Shown here piece by piece: positions 9,751 to 21,391 of a stretch of DNA of 64,000 nt (within the stretch, counting starts at the first letter, position 1; each line of letters starts with the position of its first letter). The stretch is from positions 4,992,001 through 5,056,000 of the forward strand of contig CBDCJV010000002.1 of the NCBI GenBank assembly GCA_965217895.1. The letters run 5' to 3'. The notes beneath the pieces are model-generated. The model did not search any database. It saw only the letters and a list, made by a program, of their open reading frames with translations, and was not told the DNA's origin. The position numbers and the translations under genes were made by a program. This stretch comes from Waterburya sp. GTDB taxonomy: Bacteria > Cyanobacteriota > Cyanobacteriia > Cyanobacteriales > Xenococcaceae.

Positions 9751-9890
9751 AGTATTTTCAATTTGGTATTTAACCTTACTATTATTGACATAAATCTGCC
9801 TCTCAATCTTGATGACCGCGATTTATTTGACACAGATAATGCTGATTTCTTATTCCCACACTGCCTTAAAATTCTCTTAACTCTTATTAT

Positions 9891-10868
9891 TTATCTGGCT
9901 GAACAAGTTCCTTCTAACTTTTTGTGGCGACAACAGTACAAAGTTAGTAGTAAAAACAAACCTGTCCCTGTTAAATACTTAATTAAACTGGGAATTGTAA
10001 GACTAGGCGAGAAAAAACCTTCAATTGTTCCTGCAATAATTAACATAGGAATGATGCCAAATAATAACTGTGCAGCTTTAGTGCTGTTTGACTTGAGGGC
10101 ATCAATACGGCGATACTTACCAGGAAAAATCATGGCTTTGCCAATTAGTAATCCTGCACCTCCTGCAAAAAAGATAGCAGGTAATTCTAATGAACCGTGA
10201 GGAAAAACAAACGCCCAAAAAGGGTATGCTAAATTATTCTTGCCTACTAAAGTCGCTATCGTACCAATAGATAAGCCATTGCTTGCCATCAGAAAAATGG
10301 TATATAGTCCTGCGGTAATTCCGCCAGCGATCGCCGCAAAGGAAACAGAAAGGTTATTAATGGCGATGCTGCTAGAGGCTAAAGGTTCAACTCCTACAAT
10401 TGAACCTGTCCAGAGTTCGCCATCTTCTTGAACCTTATTAATTAAATGCTCAGGGACAGTAATAGCAATGAAGGTTGGATCTTGCCAAGCGTACCACCAA
10501 GCAGTTATACCCGTGAGGAAAAATATCCCAGTGGCGATCGCAATATACTGCCAAGTTTCTTGTACAATCTGCGGAAATCCCCATAGATAAAATTCTTTTA
10601 CCTGTTGCCATTCCTGACGTTTTGACCCCTGATAAACTTGGTTATAGCCACGGGAAGTAAGTTTTTGCAGATCTTGAATAAGGATATTACCGACTTTGTT
10701 TGTCCTTGCTCTGGCTAAATCTGCGGACACAGAGCGATACAGACTGGCTAAATCTTTAATTTCTGATGCTGATAAAGACTTTATGCCTTTAGTTTCTGCT
10801 AGCTGCAATAGATTATCTAAATGCTTCCAGTTTTGCTCTCTCCTGGCAATCCAACGTCGAACATTCAT
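9891..10868 (-). CDS. SpoIIM-family (DUF95) membrane protein
   Basis: LYRSVSADLA, NN..V and PHGSLELPAI motifs with multiple TM helices. Confidence 0.85.
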   Translation of the reverse strand: MNVRRWIARREQNWKHLDNLLQLAETKGIKSLSASEIKDLASLYRSVSADLARARTNKVGNILIQDLQKLTSRGYNQVYQGSKRQEWQQVKEFYLWGFPQIVQETWQYIAIATGIFFLTGITAWWYAWQDPTFIAITVPEHLINKVQEDGELWTGSIVGVEPLASSSIAINNLSVSFAAIAGGITAGLYTIFLMASNGLSIGTIATLVGKNNLAYPFWAFVFPHGSLELPAIFFAGGAGLLIGKAMIFPGKYRRIDALKSNSTKAAQLLFGIIPMLIIAGTIEGFFSPSLTIPSLIKYLTGTGLFLLLTLYCCRHKKLEGTCSAR

Positions 10869-11145
10869 TTAGTACGCCTAATGTAAATTGCTTTGGTTCA
10901 AATTAAATAGTTTAAAGCTATTAGCTGCTAGCTTCTTGGCGCACCGCTTTTAGCCTTTAAAGTTGTTTTTTAAATTACTTTTTTTATAACCTGAGTTTCA
11001 TAAAGAAAGGTTAATTCATCCTTACTCATAAAAAAAGAGAATGACGAGAGAAATCGTTCTCATTCATCATCCTCTAAAGTATTTATAGTTACTGTAGACG
11101 ATGACTTTTACCGTGTCCACAATCAATAACTAAGCTTTTTAATAT

Positions 11146-11487
11146 TTAGAAACGGCTGTTTTGGCTGTTAGGCTTGTAAACAATAAAGCTAACTGTTTGA
11201 CATTGCTTAATGTTGTCAAAACCAACAACGCGAATGTAACAGTCGGAATATTCAGAACGACATTCACGAACTTCGTTTAATACTTCTTGAGAGCTACGAG
11301 CATCAAATAAAGGTAGCTTCCATAAAGTCCAGTGGTGCAATTTAGGAGTAGGATCTTTTTCAAACTCTACACCAGGAATATAGCCTTGGTCGATCATGTG
11401 ATCAATTTGTTTGGCAATTTGCTGATCGGTTAAAGGAGGCAAAAAAGAAAGGGTTTCGTAACGACGCTCTTTAGGTAAAGTTTTCAT
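11146..11487 (-). CDS. rbcS: RuBisCO small subunit
   Basis: [22 protein letters not shown] and YIRVVGFDN. Confidence 0.98.
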   Translation of the reverse strand: MKTLPKERRYETLSFLPPLTDQQIAKQIDHMIDQGYIPGVEFEKDPTPKLHHWTLWKLPLFDARSSQEVLNEVRECRSEYSDCYIRVVGFDNIKQCQTVSFIVYKPNSQNSRF

Positions 11488-11511
11488 AGCTTATCTTTGC
11501 GTATATTTGTT

Positions 11512-11916
11512 TTAATCAGAATCTTCTGTTTCCCCAGTCGCTTGGGTTGCATCCAGGTTAGAAGTTTCAGTTTGCGATCGGGTAAGACGTTCCAAAAGAT
11601 GACGACGATGAGCCAAATTATCTTGCTTTACCTTTGAAGTAACTATTTCAGGGATAAACTCTAAAGTCTGCTCTGCCATAGTAGCGCGAACGGTCATTAT
11701 TCGCAGAGCAAGTTCCTTTCCTCGTGGCTCTGACATAATTTCGTCGATATAGGCTTCTGCATCTCTCAGCTTGCCCCCCGAAGAATATTGTCTCAACCAA
11801 ATGGCTTCTCCTGGATTGGTTTCGGCTAATTGTTCAATAATTAGCATTACCGCTTTATAAGTAAGATAATTTTGAACTATCTTTGCCGTATCTTTTGCAA
11901 TTTCTTTTGGTTGCAT
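11512..11916 (-). CDS. rbcX: RuBisCO assembly chaperone RbcX
   Basis: IAKDTAK..YLTY.AV, ETNP..A.WL and LALRIMTVR; lies between rbcL and rbcS. Confidence 0.96.
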   Translation of the reverse strand: MQPKEIAKDTAKIVQNYLTYKAVMLIIEQLAETNPGEAIWLRQYSSGGKLRDAEAYIDEIMSEPRGKELALRIMTVRATMAEQTLEFIPEIVTSKVKQDNLAHRRHLLERLTRSQTETSNLDATQATGETEDSD

Positions 11917-11919
11917 TTA

Positions 11920-12080
11920 GGGCGCATCATCAATTAGAAAAAAAGTACTTTTTTCGCTATTTTAACGACCTACTTCGTCGAAAAATAACCTCCGTAGCTC
12001 TGCTATGCAGAACATTTTTCTCCTTGTATCTCGCTAAAATTGCTTCAAAAGCATCTTCTCCTCCAAATGATGACACGCCC
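11920..12080. mobile_element. 161-bp MITE flanked by TA
   Basis: Left end GGGCGCATCATCAATT and right end AAATGATGACACGCCC are inverted repeats; TA at 11918-11919 and 12081-12082. Confidence 0.8.
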
Positions 12081-12190
12081 TAGTTCAGGACAGCTATTCT
12101 GAGATATAAAGACGAGAGATTGTTATCAATTCCTTATTTTTAACCCCAGACTTAACTGTTAGCTGTTCATAAATAACTATTCGCGCTCTG

Positions 12191-13606
12191 TTAGAGGGTA
12201 TCTACAGCGTCAAACTCGAACTTGATTTCTTTCCAAAGTTCACAAGCTGCGGCAAGTTCAGGACTCCAGCGGCACGCTTCACGGATAACGTCGTTACCTT
12301 CGCGAGCTAGGTTGCGTCCTTCGTTACGAGCTTGAACGCAAGCTTCTAAAGCCACACGGTTAGCAGTTGCACCAGGAGCATTACCCCAAGGGTGTCCTAA
12401 AGTACCACCACCAAACTGTAGACAGGAATCATCACCAAAGATTTCTACTAGTGCAGGCATATGCCATACGTGGATACCACCAGAAGCAACAGGCATTACC
12501 CCAGGCATAGAAGCCCAATCTTGGGTAAAGAAGTTACCCCGTGAGCGGTCTTCTTCTACATAGTCTTCACGCATTTGGTCAACAAAACCTAGAGTGATAT
12601 CACGTTCACCCTCAAGTTTACCGACAACTGTACCTGAGTGAAGGTGGTCACCACCAGACATACGTAAACATTTGGCTAGTACGCGGAAGTGAATACCATG
12701 ATTTCTTTGACGGTCAATTACTGCGTGCATGGCGCGGTGAATGTGTAGTAGTAGACCATTTTTACGACACCATTTAGCTAAGGTAGTGTTAGCAGTAAAA
12801 CCACCAGTTAAGAAATCGTGCATAACAATAGGAGTACCAATTTCTTTAGCGAATTCAGCACGTTCCATCATGTCTTCGCAGGTAGCAGCAGTTACATTGA
12901 GGTAATGACCTTTAACTTCATTAGTTTCTGCTTGAGATTTTTCAATTGCTTCTTGGACAAACAAAAAGCGATCGCGCCAGCGCATGAAAGGCTGAGAGTT
13001 AATATTCTCGTCATCTTTGGTGAAATCTAGACCACCACGCAGACATTCATAAACTGCACGACCGTAGTTTTTAGCAGATAAACCTAATTTAGGTTTGATT
13101 GTGCAACCTAGTAAAGGACGACCATACTTGTTTAATAAGTCTCTTTCCACGGTAATTCCGTGAGGAGGCCCTTGGAAAGTTTTCATCAAGGCTACAGGAA
13201 TCCGCAGATCCTCCAAGCGCAATGCACGCAGGGCTTTGAAACCAAAAACATTACCGACTAAAGAAGTAAGAATGTTAGTTACAGAACCCTCTTCAAACAA
13301 ATCCATGGGATAAGCGACAAAACAGAAATACTGATTGTCTTCACCAGGAACGGGTTCAACTTCATAACAACGACCTTTATAGCGATCAAGATCGGTCAAA
13401 CCATCTGTCCATACTGTTGTCCACGTACCTGTAGAAGATTCAGCAGCTACCGCAGCAGCACATTCTTCTGCGGGGACACCAGGCTGAGGGGTCATGCGGA
13501 AACAAGCCAAAAGGTCTGTATCCTTGGGAGTGTAGTCTGGGGTGTAATAGGTCAGGCGATAGTCTTGTACACCAGCCTTAAATCCAGCACCTGTCTTAGT
13601 TGCCAT
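12191..13606 (-). CDS. rbcL: RuBisCO large subunit, form IB
   Basis: [23 protein letters not shown] catalytic motif and [11 protein letters not shown]. Confidence 0.99.
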   Translation of the reverse strand: MATKTGAGFKAGVQDYRLTYYTPDYTPKDTDLLACFRMTPQPGVPAEECAAAVAAESSTGTWTTVWTDGLTDLDRYKGRCYEVEPVPGEDNQYFCFVAYPMDLFEEGSVTNILTSLVGNVFGFKALRALRLEDLRIPVALMKTFQGPPHGITVERDLLNKYGRPLLGCTIKPKLGLSAKNYGRAVYECLRGGLDFTKDDENINSQPFMRWRDRFLFVQEAIEKSQAETNEVKGHYLNVTAATCEDMMERAEFAKEIGTPIVMHDFLTGGFTANTTLAKWCRKNGLLLHIHRAMHAVIDRQRNHGIHFRVLAKCLRMSGGDHLHSGTVVGKLEGERDITLGFVDQMREDYVEEDRSRGNFFTQDWASMPGVMPVASGGIHVWHMPALVEIFGDDSCLQFGGGTLGHPWGNAPGATANRVALEACVQARNEGRNLAREGNDVIREACRWSPELAAACELWKEIKFEFDAVDTL

Positions 13607-13850
13607 GTTTGGTCATTCCTCCATAAATAAAACGCTTAATTTTTACTTTCCTATAGAGTCACTTATCTTACAGACTCTATTACCGTTAAAAAAAATCAGT
13701 AGAAAGATATCTCGCGGTCTTAAAAAATTTTTGCTCAAGACAGCATTAGCTGCTTCTTTTCGCAATTTCTTATGTTATCAGAATATCACGGATATTAATC
13801 TTTTCTGTGTATTTTGCTCTCGTTTCTAATTTGATTATTTTTTCAATTAG

Positions 13851-13930
13851 ATTAATTAAACTAATGAGTTTTTTAAAGCAATCTAAGAATGTTAAGAATT
13901 ATTAATAGTTTCTTTATTAACTTAGCTTAT
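13851..13930. promoter_or_regulatory. Putative LysR-type (RbcR-like) boxes upstream of rbcL
   Basis: ATTAA-TTAAA-CTAAT at 13851-13865 fits ATTAR-N5-YTAAT; ATTAA-CTTAG-CTTAT at 13916-13930 has one mismatch; the AT-rich context limits certainty. Confidence 0.45.
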
Positions 13931-14209
13931 TGCTTTTAAAGTCCGCATCAAATCAATTTTTTACTAAGCATTTTTACTTATTATTACTGTTAGATTAAAA
14001 TTTTCATGTTTTAAAAACTGTTGTTTAGGACTATTTTTCTAAAACAATAGTCATCTTCAATAACAATAGTAAATAATACCTAAAGTATAAAATCGACATC
14101 AGCTAAAAGTTGTGTCGATCTAGTTAAATTTAAATACTATGTACTGTCTTAAAGCGAAGAGCTACAAAACTACAAATTTTTAACAAAGTCAATTCATGTT
14201 AAGCGTATT

Positions 14210-14863
14210 TTATTGACTTGAATTACCAGCATTAGAACTCAAACCTTTGCTGTGAGGAAATAAGGTTACTAAAAGTTCGTTAACGTAAACTTGTCCAACA
14301 ACAGGAGCTTTATTTGGCTTGACAGCAAATTCAACGGATGTTTCTACTCGATCTACTTCTTGAGTGGATGGAGCAGCAGGATTATCTTGCCAAAAATCTT
14401 GACTTGCTGTCTGCTTGGGTTGAGTGGGATTATAACCATTTGCTCGATAACCATTTTTGCTATTTCCTTGGGAGTTGGATTTTTTCTGATTCTCACTCAA
14501 GTTCACTTTACGAGACAGATCGCCAATAATTGAACCAGGCTCAATTACCTTCATTGCCTCAACATCTTCTTGAAAAATTGTGCTAGAAGTACCAACACAA
14601 GCATTATTGCCAATTTTGCTAGCACCAATTATTAAAACTCCCGAACCCAAAATAGCACCATTACCAATTTCAATTGAACCCTGACAGGCATTAATAATTG
14701 CCCCCATACCAACACAAGCATCTGCACCAATGACAATTCGGCACTCAGGAGCAGCTTGTAAGATAACTCCTGATGCCAAGGAAGCAGTAGGGTGAATTTC
14801 AACATCACCGCTAATGCGTATGTCTTTATTTAATACAGGTTGCGGTGGTGGTAAATAAATCAT
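14210..14863 (-). CDS. ccmN: Carboxysome protein CcmN
   Basis: Hexapeptide repeats and C-terminal encapsulation peptide VVGQVYVNELLVTLFPH. Confidence 0.93.
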   Translation of the reverse strand: MIYLPPPQPVLNKDIRISGDVEIHPTASLASGVILQAAPECRIVIGADACVGMGAIINACQGSIEIGNGAILGSGVLIIGASKIGNNACVGTSSTIFQEDVEAMKVIEPGSIIGDLSRKVNLSENQKKSNSQGNSKNGYRANGYNPTQPKQTASQDFWQDNPAAPSTQEVDRVETSVEFAVKPNKAPVVGQVYVNELLVTLFPHSKGLSSNAGNSSQ

Positions 14864-14976
14864 TGGCTAGTATTTTGATTATGGACGCAAGAACAGCTAT
14901 TTTTTCTCTAGCGTATGAGACAAACAACTGCTCTTTTGTCCAATAAAGTAATGAATGCAACCTCTATAGTGGTAAC

Positions 14977-17067
14977 TTACGGACGTTGAATAATAGTTTC
15001 TGCCACTCTTCTTTTGCTTTTAGGATCGATTCCTAACAAGCGGACGTACTCACCATGATGTTCCGCTAAAAGAACTTTCAAAGAAGCAACCACATCTAAC
15101 TCATTGCGACTATCGATAGTCGCGGAGCTTTTCCAAGACTTAGTTTTAAAGCGTCGTTTATCCGCGTGTTCTATGCCAATTTTATAGCCCGCAGCAAGTA
15201 AAGAGCGTACTTCCTGAGTAGCTTCATTACTAATTTGCTTTTGGCTGAAGTCGTTATAATGAGCAGGACGACTATTTTTACTATCATCGTTGGTATAGTT
15301 AGCTACAAAGTAGCCTCTATCCTTTACATTACTATTACTCTGTCTGCCATTGCCGTTACCGTTGCTCTTGGCTTGAGGATTATCACCAGGTCTTTGGATA
15401 ATAGTTTCAGCCACTCTACGCCTAGCTTGAGAATCAATGCCCAGCATACGGACATATTCACCGCTATGTTCTGTCAAACAGTCTTCTAAAGCTGCAACAA
15501 CTTCTGATTCGCGTTTACTTTCAATGGGAGAACAGCTTTTCCAAGATTTGGTTCTAAAACGTCGTTTATCGGCGTGTTCTGAGCCAATTTGATAACCAGC
15601 AGCCAACAAAGAGCGAATTTCTTGAACTATCTCTGAATCTAAACTGCTGCTACTACCGTTGCTGCTATAACTAGCTCTACCACCATTACCATTGCTATAG
15701 TTAGAGCTAGAAGAACTTCTAGAAGACTGTACAGGGGTTTCTCCAGGACGCTGCACAATTATTTCCGCCATTCTTCTTTTGACATGGTTATCAGCAGCAA
15801 CAATGCGAACGTATTCGTTAGGATATTCCGCCATAGTTTTTTCAATAGCATCAAATACCTTGTTGCTACCACCTTGAACTTGCCCAACCGTTAGCCAAGA
15901 TTTGGTTTTAAAGCGACGTTTGCTGGCACGCTCGATACCAATACTACAGCCTTGGGAAACCAAGCTATCAATCTGTTGAGAAGCGTCACCGTTGAGGCTG
16001 CCACTACCATTGGTGCTATGGCTAGAGCGATTTCTGCCACTGCGGTTGCGACCTCGATTATGATTGGCAACATTTCTAATTGTTCCTTCACCTGGAGTAT
16101 CTCCAGGTCGCTGAACGACCATCTCCACGATTCTTCTATTGGCTCTGGGGTCTACGCCAATTACCCTCACGTACTCTCCCTGGTATTCACGAAGTACAGA
16201 ATCCAATTCAGCCATTACATGACTTTCGTTTCGGCTGGCAATTTTCTCGCCAGTTAGCCATGATTTAGTTTTAAAACGACGACTGTTAGCGTGTTCGGTG
16301 CTGATGATACAGCCTTGCGCCAGTAGCGATCGCACCTGGTTACTAATATCTGAACTTAAACTCATATTCTCTACTGATTTTATATAATTATTTTCATTAT
16401 TAACATCAAAGGTCAGATTTTCATCTGCTTCTCTACGTTTGCTAGCTTGTTTCATTTTGGGGTTGATACAGGCATCATTATCGGCACACTGATAGCCAGC
16501 TAAAAGTGCTTCGTTAACTTCGACGACATGGCTGGCAAAAGAGCGATCGCTCTCGATAACATTAGGTAAGCGTTCAGCCTGCTGCTGATTAACAATTACC
16601 GCGCCAGAAGGAACATATTTCCCTGGGGGAATTTCCACATCTTGAATCAAAGCGTGCATCATGACAATGCAGCCATCTCCCACCTTGGCATTAAACACCG
16701 TCGAGCGAAAACCAATAAAGCATTCATCACCGATGTATGCTGGACCATGAATTAACGCCATGTGAGTGATGCAGGTATTCTTACCAATCCAGACAGAATA
16801 TTCATTGCCATCGTCACCAGCTACCCGACCTTTTTCTAAGCCATGAATTACCACACCGTCTTGAATATTAGTGCTTGCACCAATATAAAAAGGCGTTCCT
16901 TCGTCGGCTCTGATTGAGCTTCCTGGGGCAACAAATACGTTTGCTCCTATTCTTACATCTCCGATCAGCCTAGAGAAAGAGTGTACGTAAGCAGTTTTAT
17001 CTACTTGTGGTGTCGCCAGATCCTCAGACCAGGGGGTGGGGGGAGCCGCTTTAGTGCGGACTGCCAT
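14977..17067 (-). CDS. ccmM: Carboxysome protein CcmM (gamma-CA domain plus four RbcS-like domains)
   Basis: [17 protein letters not shown] and [11 protein letters not shown]; four RRF(K/R)TKSW repeats; probable internal start for the short isoform at 16365 (ENMSLSS). Confidence 0.97.
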   Translation of the reverse strand: MAVRTKAAPPTPWSEDLATPQVDKTAYVHSFSRLIGDVRIGANVFVAPGSSIRADEGTPFYIGASTNIQDGVVIHGLEKGRVAGDDGNEYSVWIGKNTCITHMALIHGPAYIGDECFIGFRSTVFNAKVGDGCIVMMHALIQDVEIPPGKYVPSGAVIVNQQQAERLPNVIESDRSFASHVVEVNEALLAGYQCADNDACINPKMKQASKRREADENLTFDVNNENNYIKSVENMSLSSDISNQVRSLLAQGCIISTEHANSRRFKTKSWLTGEKIASRNESHVMAELDSVLREYQGEYVRVIGVDPRANRRIVEMVVQRPGDTPGEGTIRNVANHNRGRNRSGRNRSSHSTNGSGSLNGDASQQIDSLVSQGCSIGIERASKRRFKTKSWLTVGQVQGGSNKVFDAIEKTMAEYPNEYVRIVAADNHVKRRMAEIIVQRPGETPVQSSRSSSSSNYSNGNGGRASYSSNGSSSSLDSEIVQEIRSLLAAGYQIGSEHADKRRFRTKSWKSCSPIESKRESEVVAALEDCLTEHSGEYVRMLGIDSQARRRVAETIIQRPGDNPQAKSNGNGNGRQSNSNVKDRGYFVANYTNDDSKNSRPAHYNDFSQKQISNEATQEVRSLLAAGYKIGIEHADKRRFKTKSWKSSATIDSRNELDVVASLKVLLAEHHGEYVRLLGIDPKSKRRVAETIIQRP

Positions 17068-17094
17068 TGCTTTTATTCCTCCTAAATTAACTTC

Positions 17095-17245
17095 GCCAGC
17101 TTCTCTAAGTAGTCAAAAGGCAGCGGTACATCGCCCTGAAAAGGCGTTGCCTTCTTGCTCAATAGCCTTAACGGGGAGACCCCCCGCAACGGCTTTTCGC
17201 GCTGCGCTAACCGCGGAAGGCGGTCAATTCCTGCTGTGGATTTAA
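17095..17245. repeat. GC-rich palindromic repeat between ccmL and ccmM
   Basis: CGGGGAGACCCCCG hairpin; GAAAAGGCGTTGC / GCAACGGCTTTTC inverted repeat; GCTAACCG shared with the 8093-8245 element. Confidence 0.6.
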
Positions 17246-17248
17246 ATC

Positions 17249-17557
17249 TTACAACAGGCGTTCAGCCTCTTTTTTACTATAGAGAGCATTGCGGTCTACA
17301 TTGACCGTATCTATGATGCCGACAATTGTGGCATCAAGTGGTTTGGATTCTTGACCAGCCTCAATACGAGCCGCGCTACCTCGACTCACTAGAACCCATT
17401 CATCAACACCAGCACCAATCAAGTCTCCTGCCACTTCGTATTGAGGTAAAAGCTGCCCTTCTTCATCTATATATTGAACTAAAAGCAACTTAATCCCTCT
17501 CATGCTAGGAGCTTTATGAGTGCTAACTACCGTGCCACGAACTTGGGCTATCTGCAT
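17249..17557 (-). CDS. ccmL: Carboxysome vertex protein CcmL
   Basis: MQIAQVRGTVVST.K and GAGVDEWVLVSRGSAAR. Confidence 0.97.
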   Translation of the reverse strand: MQIAQVRGTVVSTHKAPSMRGIKLLLVQYIDEEGQLLPQYEVAGDLIGAGVDEWVLVSRGSAARIEAGQESKPLDATIVGIIDTVNVDRNALYSKKEAERLL

Positions 17558-17577
17558 ACCATACTGCCTAAATTAAT

Positions 17578-17916
17578 CTATGGTCTTCTAAGAGGACGAG
17601 GATTGACGCTTTCACGAAACTGTTCTACAGCCTCTGTATAGCGAATAGGTAGAACGTACTCTAGGTTTTCGTGAGGACGGGCAATGATATGAGTAGACAG
17701 AACCTGTCCACCATTAACTCTGGCAACGTTTTCTGTTCCCGCGGATACAGAAGCCTGAACTTCTGATACGTCGCCTCTTACAATTACGGTTACACGACCT
17801 GTACCAATTTTTTCGTAGCCGACTAAAGTGACACGGGCTGCTTTGACCATAGCGTCTGCTGCTTCTACTACCGCGGGGAAACCTAGTGTTTCGATCATTC
17901 CGACTGCAATTGACAT
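17578..17916 (-). CDS. ccmK1: Carboxysome shell hexamer with C-terminal extension (CcmK1)
   Basis: BMC domain [21 protein letters not shown]; 112 aa. Confidence 0.93.
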   Translation of the reverse strand: MSIAVGMIETLGFPAVVEAADAMVKAARVTLVGYEKIGTGRVTVIVRGDVSEVQASVSAGTENVARVNGGQVLSTHIIARPHENLEYVLPIRYTEAVEQFRESVNPRPLRRP

Positions 17917-18022
17917 TATTTTTAACTCCTGAATTATTTAGTTGGCGACTTAGTAAACTATGGATAAGCTTAATCGCCTTGGTTAATTATCTAGACCACC
18001 AGCCATGGCTGGCGGTTGCTAT

Positions 18023-18334
18023 TTAATAGGTACGAAACTGTTCTACTTCTTCTGTATAACGAATAGGTAGAACATACTCTAGGTTTTCGTGAGGACGAGC
18101 AATAATGTGGGTAGAAAGAACTTGTCCACCATTAACTCTAGTCACGTTTTCTGTACCAGCAGCAACAGAAGCCTGAACTTCTGATACGTCGCCTCTTACA
18201 ATTACGGTTACACGACCTGTACCAATTTTTTCGTAGCCGACTAAAGTGACACGGGCTGCTTTGACCATAGCGTCTGCTGCTTCTACTACCGCAGGAAAGC
18301 CTAGTGTTTCAATCATTCCAACTGCAATTGACAT
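18023..18334 (-). CDS. ccmK2: Carboxysome shell hexamer CcmK2
   Basis: BMC domain, 103 aa, first gene of the ccm operon. Confidence 0.93.
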   Translation of the reverse strand: MSIAVGMIETLGFPAVVEAADAMVKAARVTLVGYEKIGTGRVTVIVRGDVSEVQASVAAGTENVTRVNGGQVLSTHIIARPHENLEYVLPIRYTEEVEQFRTY

Positions 18335-19403
18335 ATTTTTACTCCTTTATAGTTTGGGATTGACCTTGGTGTTTTTGCCAAGGAATCGCCAATTGTGTTT
18401 AATTAACTGTTTTTGGATTGAGACTGAAAAAAGTTTCAACCATTCCTACTGCGATAGGCATTTTCTATCTTTTTCTCTTCAAACCAATTATAAAAAGTGG
18501 GTGAACACAAAAACAAAAAATAACGACCTATTCCTATAGCTTTTGTTGCTATTACAGGCTTGGTGGCAATTATTAAACTTATTTTCTAGTTCATATTGAA
18601 TATGAATTTCTGAAATTTCTCTAAATTTATACTTCAGAACTGTTTACACCGCTCTGACTAAGTAGGCACATTTAGAAAAACTTGTGTTGATTAATTTACC
18701 CATCCATAAACAAGCATAAATAACCGTGACTCCTTTGACAACATAAAACATGATTATATTTTTTAATTTGATTGTTCATGATAATTAATACTTATTTAAA
18801 AAATAGCTGTCTGAAGTTGCCAATAGTCATTTGTCCTGCTAAGCAACTTACTTTTTATAATTTATTTATAATATCTGTTATTAGACCGTTTAAAACCTGT
18901 GTACAAATGTAACTTCAAGAAATATAAAGCTAACTCTTGGGTAAAGAATATAGTCGCTAAAACTTAACCAGGCAGGCTTTTAGTATCAAACGAATAACAT
19001 TAGAGTATAAATACTCAGTAAATAGGTGGTCTGAATTATTCCTGACAAAAATTTGGCACAAACAAACTGTTTAATCTAAATAAGCCTCATTTGCCAAAAA
19101 AGTCAGCCCACGAATAGGGAATAAATTATTTTATTATTTTGATAGTTATCTTGCCAACGCCAGACAGATGGTTGTAAAACTCGAAAAGTTTGAGAGTTTG
19201 CTAAACCCGCCCTAACTTAATTGCTCTGATTAAAGTATTTGAATAAACCCATCGCAAATTTAAATAGTATTTGAGAGCATGATAGCTGGTAAGATAAAAC
19301 TTTAACAAAAGTATTAAATCACCGTTGATGCAGCTAAAAGTTAGCTAATAAAAATACTTAATAACTATAAATTTGGCGTTGTATATTCCTTAAAACAGTT
19401 TTG

Positions 19404-21299
19404 ATGACTGAATTTTTATTTGAAAATTCCTGGATAATTCCTTTATATAGCCTAGTGGGGGCAGTTTTAAGCCTACCTTGGTCTTTGGGAATTATTCGCA
19501 AAACAGGACCCCGCCCAGCAGCCTACCTCAATATTTTGATGACTCTGGTGGGATTTATTCATACCTCATTAATTTTTAACCTGATTTGGAAAACTGAGGC
19601 TCAACAGTTTGTTTTTCATTGGTTGCAGGTTGCCGATTTAGATTTAACCTTATCAATTGAAATATCTCCTGTTAGTTTTGGAGCTTTAGAACTGGTAACG
19701 GGTATTAGTCTTTTGGTACAGATCTATGCCCTGGGCTATATGGAGAAAGACTGGTCTTTAGCACGCTTCTTTGGCCTGATGGGATTTTTTGAAACATCTT
19801 TAGCAGGATTAGCTATTAGTGATGGTTTGCTGTTGAGCTATTGTCTTTTGGAAGCTTTGACCCTTTCTACCTATCTTCTAGTGGGTTTTTGGTATGCCCA
19901 GCCCTTAGTGGTGACTGCTGCTAGGGATGCTTTTTTGACTAAGAGAGTAGGAGATATTGTGCTGTTGATGGGCATAGTAGCTCTTTCTACATACGGACAA
20001 GGACTGAGTTTTTCTCAATTGGATACATGGGTAGAAGTAAATCAGCTAGATTCTACCGTGGCAGCTTTTCTAGGTTTGGCTTTGATTGCAGGACCTATTG
20101 GTAAATGCGCTCAGTTTCCCCTCAATCTTTGGCTAGACGAGGCGATGGAGGGACCAAATCCTGCGGGTATAATGCGTAATTCCATTGTGGTTTCGGCGGG
20201 CGCTTATGTGTTGATTAAGCTAGAACCAGCTACAACTCTTTCACCAGTTTCTGCTTCTGCCTTAATTATTATCGGCACAGTTACAGCAATTGGCACATCT
20301 TTAATGGCGATCGCTCAAATTGACATAAAAAGAGCTTTATCACATTCTACTAGCGCCTATATGGGTTTGGTCTTTATTGCGGTGGGCTTGAGACAGGTTG
20401 ACATTGCTTTTTTGCTCTTGTTTTGTCATGCGGTTTCCAAAGCCCTGCTATTTATGAGTGCGGGGTCAGTCATTCTGACTACCAGCAATCAAAACGTGAC
20501 GGAAATGGGTGGCTTATGGTCAAGAATGCCTGCAACAAGCTTATCGTTTTTAGCAGGAGCGGCAGGATTAATTGGTTTTGCCCCTTTAGGTATGTTCTGG
20601 ACTTATCAACGCTGGTTTAGTGGAGCTTGGGATGTAGACTGGTGGTTATTACTAATTGTAATGTTTGTCAATACTTTTTCAGCTATTAATTTAACCCGTT
20701 TGTTCCGAGTTATTTTTCTAGGCAAACCACAGGTCAAAACTCGTCGCGCGCCTGAAGTTCCCTGGCAAATGGCAGTACCTATGGTGGCTTTAATGGTGGT
20801 TACTATTCTGACTACTTTTGCGCCCCTAGAGTGGTCTTTGTGGTTGAGTCCCAATCGACCTTTAACTCTCGAACAGCCAGAATTAATCAATCAATATGCC
20901 GTGCCGTTGCTCATTGCTTCTGGTCTATTGGGCTGTGTAATTGCTTCAACTATAAAAGTGCGTAAAGCTTGGGCAAGATCTAGCAATTTTACCCTGCGAT
21001 TTTTCCAAGATCTGTTGGCTTATGATTTTTATATAGATAAGCTTTACGAAGTGACAGTAATTGCAGCCGTTTCTACCGTAGCTAAATTTACCTCTTGGGT
21101 TGATCGCTACATAGTTGATGGTGCAGTTAATTTAGTTAGTATCGCCACGATTTTTAGCAGTAATGCCCTAAAATACAACAATACTGGGCAGTCTCAGTTT
21201 TATCTTGCCACGATTGTGATCGGCATTGGACTGATGTTGTGGTCAATGCTTAACGGTCAGTGGTCAATAGTGACTAATTATTGGTCATCGATTATATAG
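19404..21299 (+). CDS. ndhF4: NDH-1 CO2-uptake complex subunit F4
   Basis: RKTGPRPAAY and GKCAQFPLNLWLDEAMEGP; clustered with ndhD and a short Cup protein; ATG at 19404. Confidence 0.88.
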   Translation: MTEFLFENSWIIPLYSLVGAVLSLPWSLGIIRKTGPRPAAYLNILMTLVGFIHTSLIFNLIWKTEAQQFVFHWLQVADLDLTLSIEISPVSFGALELVTGISLLVQIYALGYMEKDWSLARFFGLMGFFETSLAGLAISDGLLLSYCLLEALTLSTYLLVGFWYAQPLVVTAARDAFLTKRVGDIVLLMGIVALSTYGQGLSFSQLDTWVEVNQLDSTVAAFLGLALIAGPIGKCAQFPLNLWLDEAMEGPNPAGIMRNSIVVSAGAYVLIKLEPATTLSPVSASALIIIGTVTAIGTSLMAIAQIDIKRALSHSTSAYMGLVFIAVGLRQVDIAFLLLFCHAVSKALLFMSAGSVILTTSNQNVTEMGGLWSRMPATSLSFLAGAAGLIGFAPLGMFWTYQRWFSGAWDVDWWLLLIVMFVNTFSAINLTRLFRVIFLGKPQVKTRRAPEVPWQMAVPMVALMVVTILTTFAPLEWSLWLSPNRPLTLEQPELINQYAVPLLIASGLLGCVIASTIKVRKAWARSSNFTLRFFQDLLAYDFYIDKLYEVTVIAAVSTVAKFTSWVDRYIVDGAVNLVSIATIFSSNALKYNNTGQSQFYLATIVIGIGLMLWSMLNGQWSIVTNYWSSII

Positions 21300-21391
21300 T
21301 GATGAAGCTGCTGTGACCGTTAGTCAATTCAATAAAGATCAATTGTTTAAAACATTTAGATTAATCGGTTTTTCCGAAGATCGTCAAAATT

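Noticed and set aside
9763..10200. 145-aa plus-strand ORF and the many other short antisense ORFs in the track
   Set aside because: Shadow frames overlapping well-supported genes on the opposite strand
18335..19400. Hidden gene or ncRNA in the 1.07-kb ccmK2-ndhF4 spacer
   Set aside because: AT-rich, with no convincing ORF or stable structure; long divergent promoter regions are usual here
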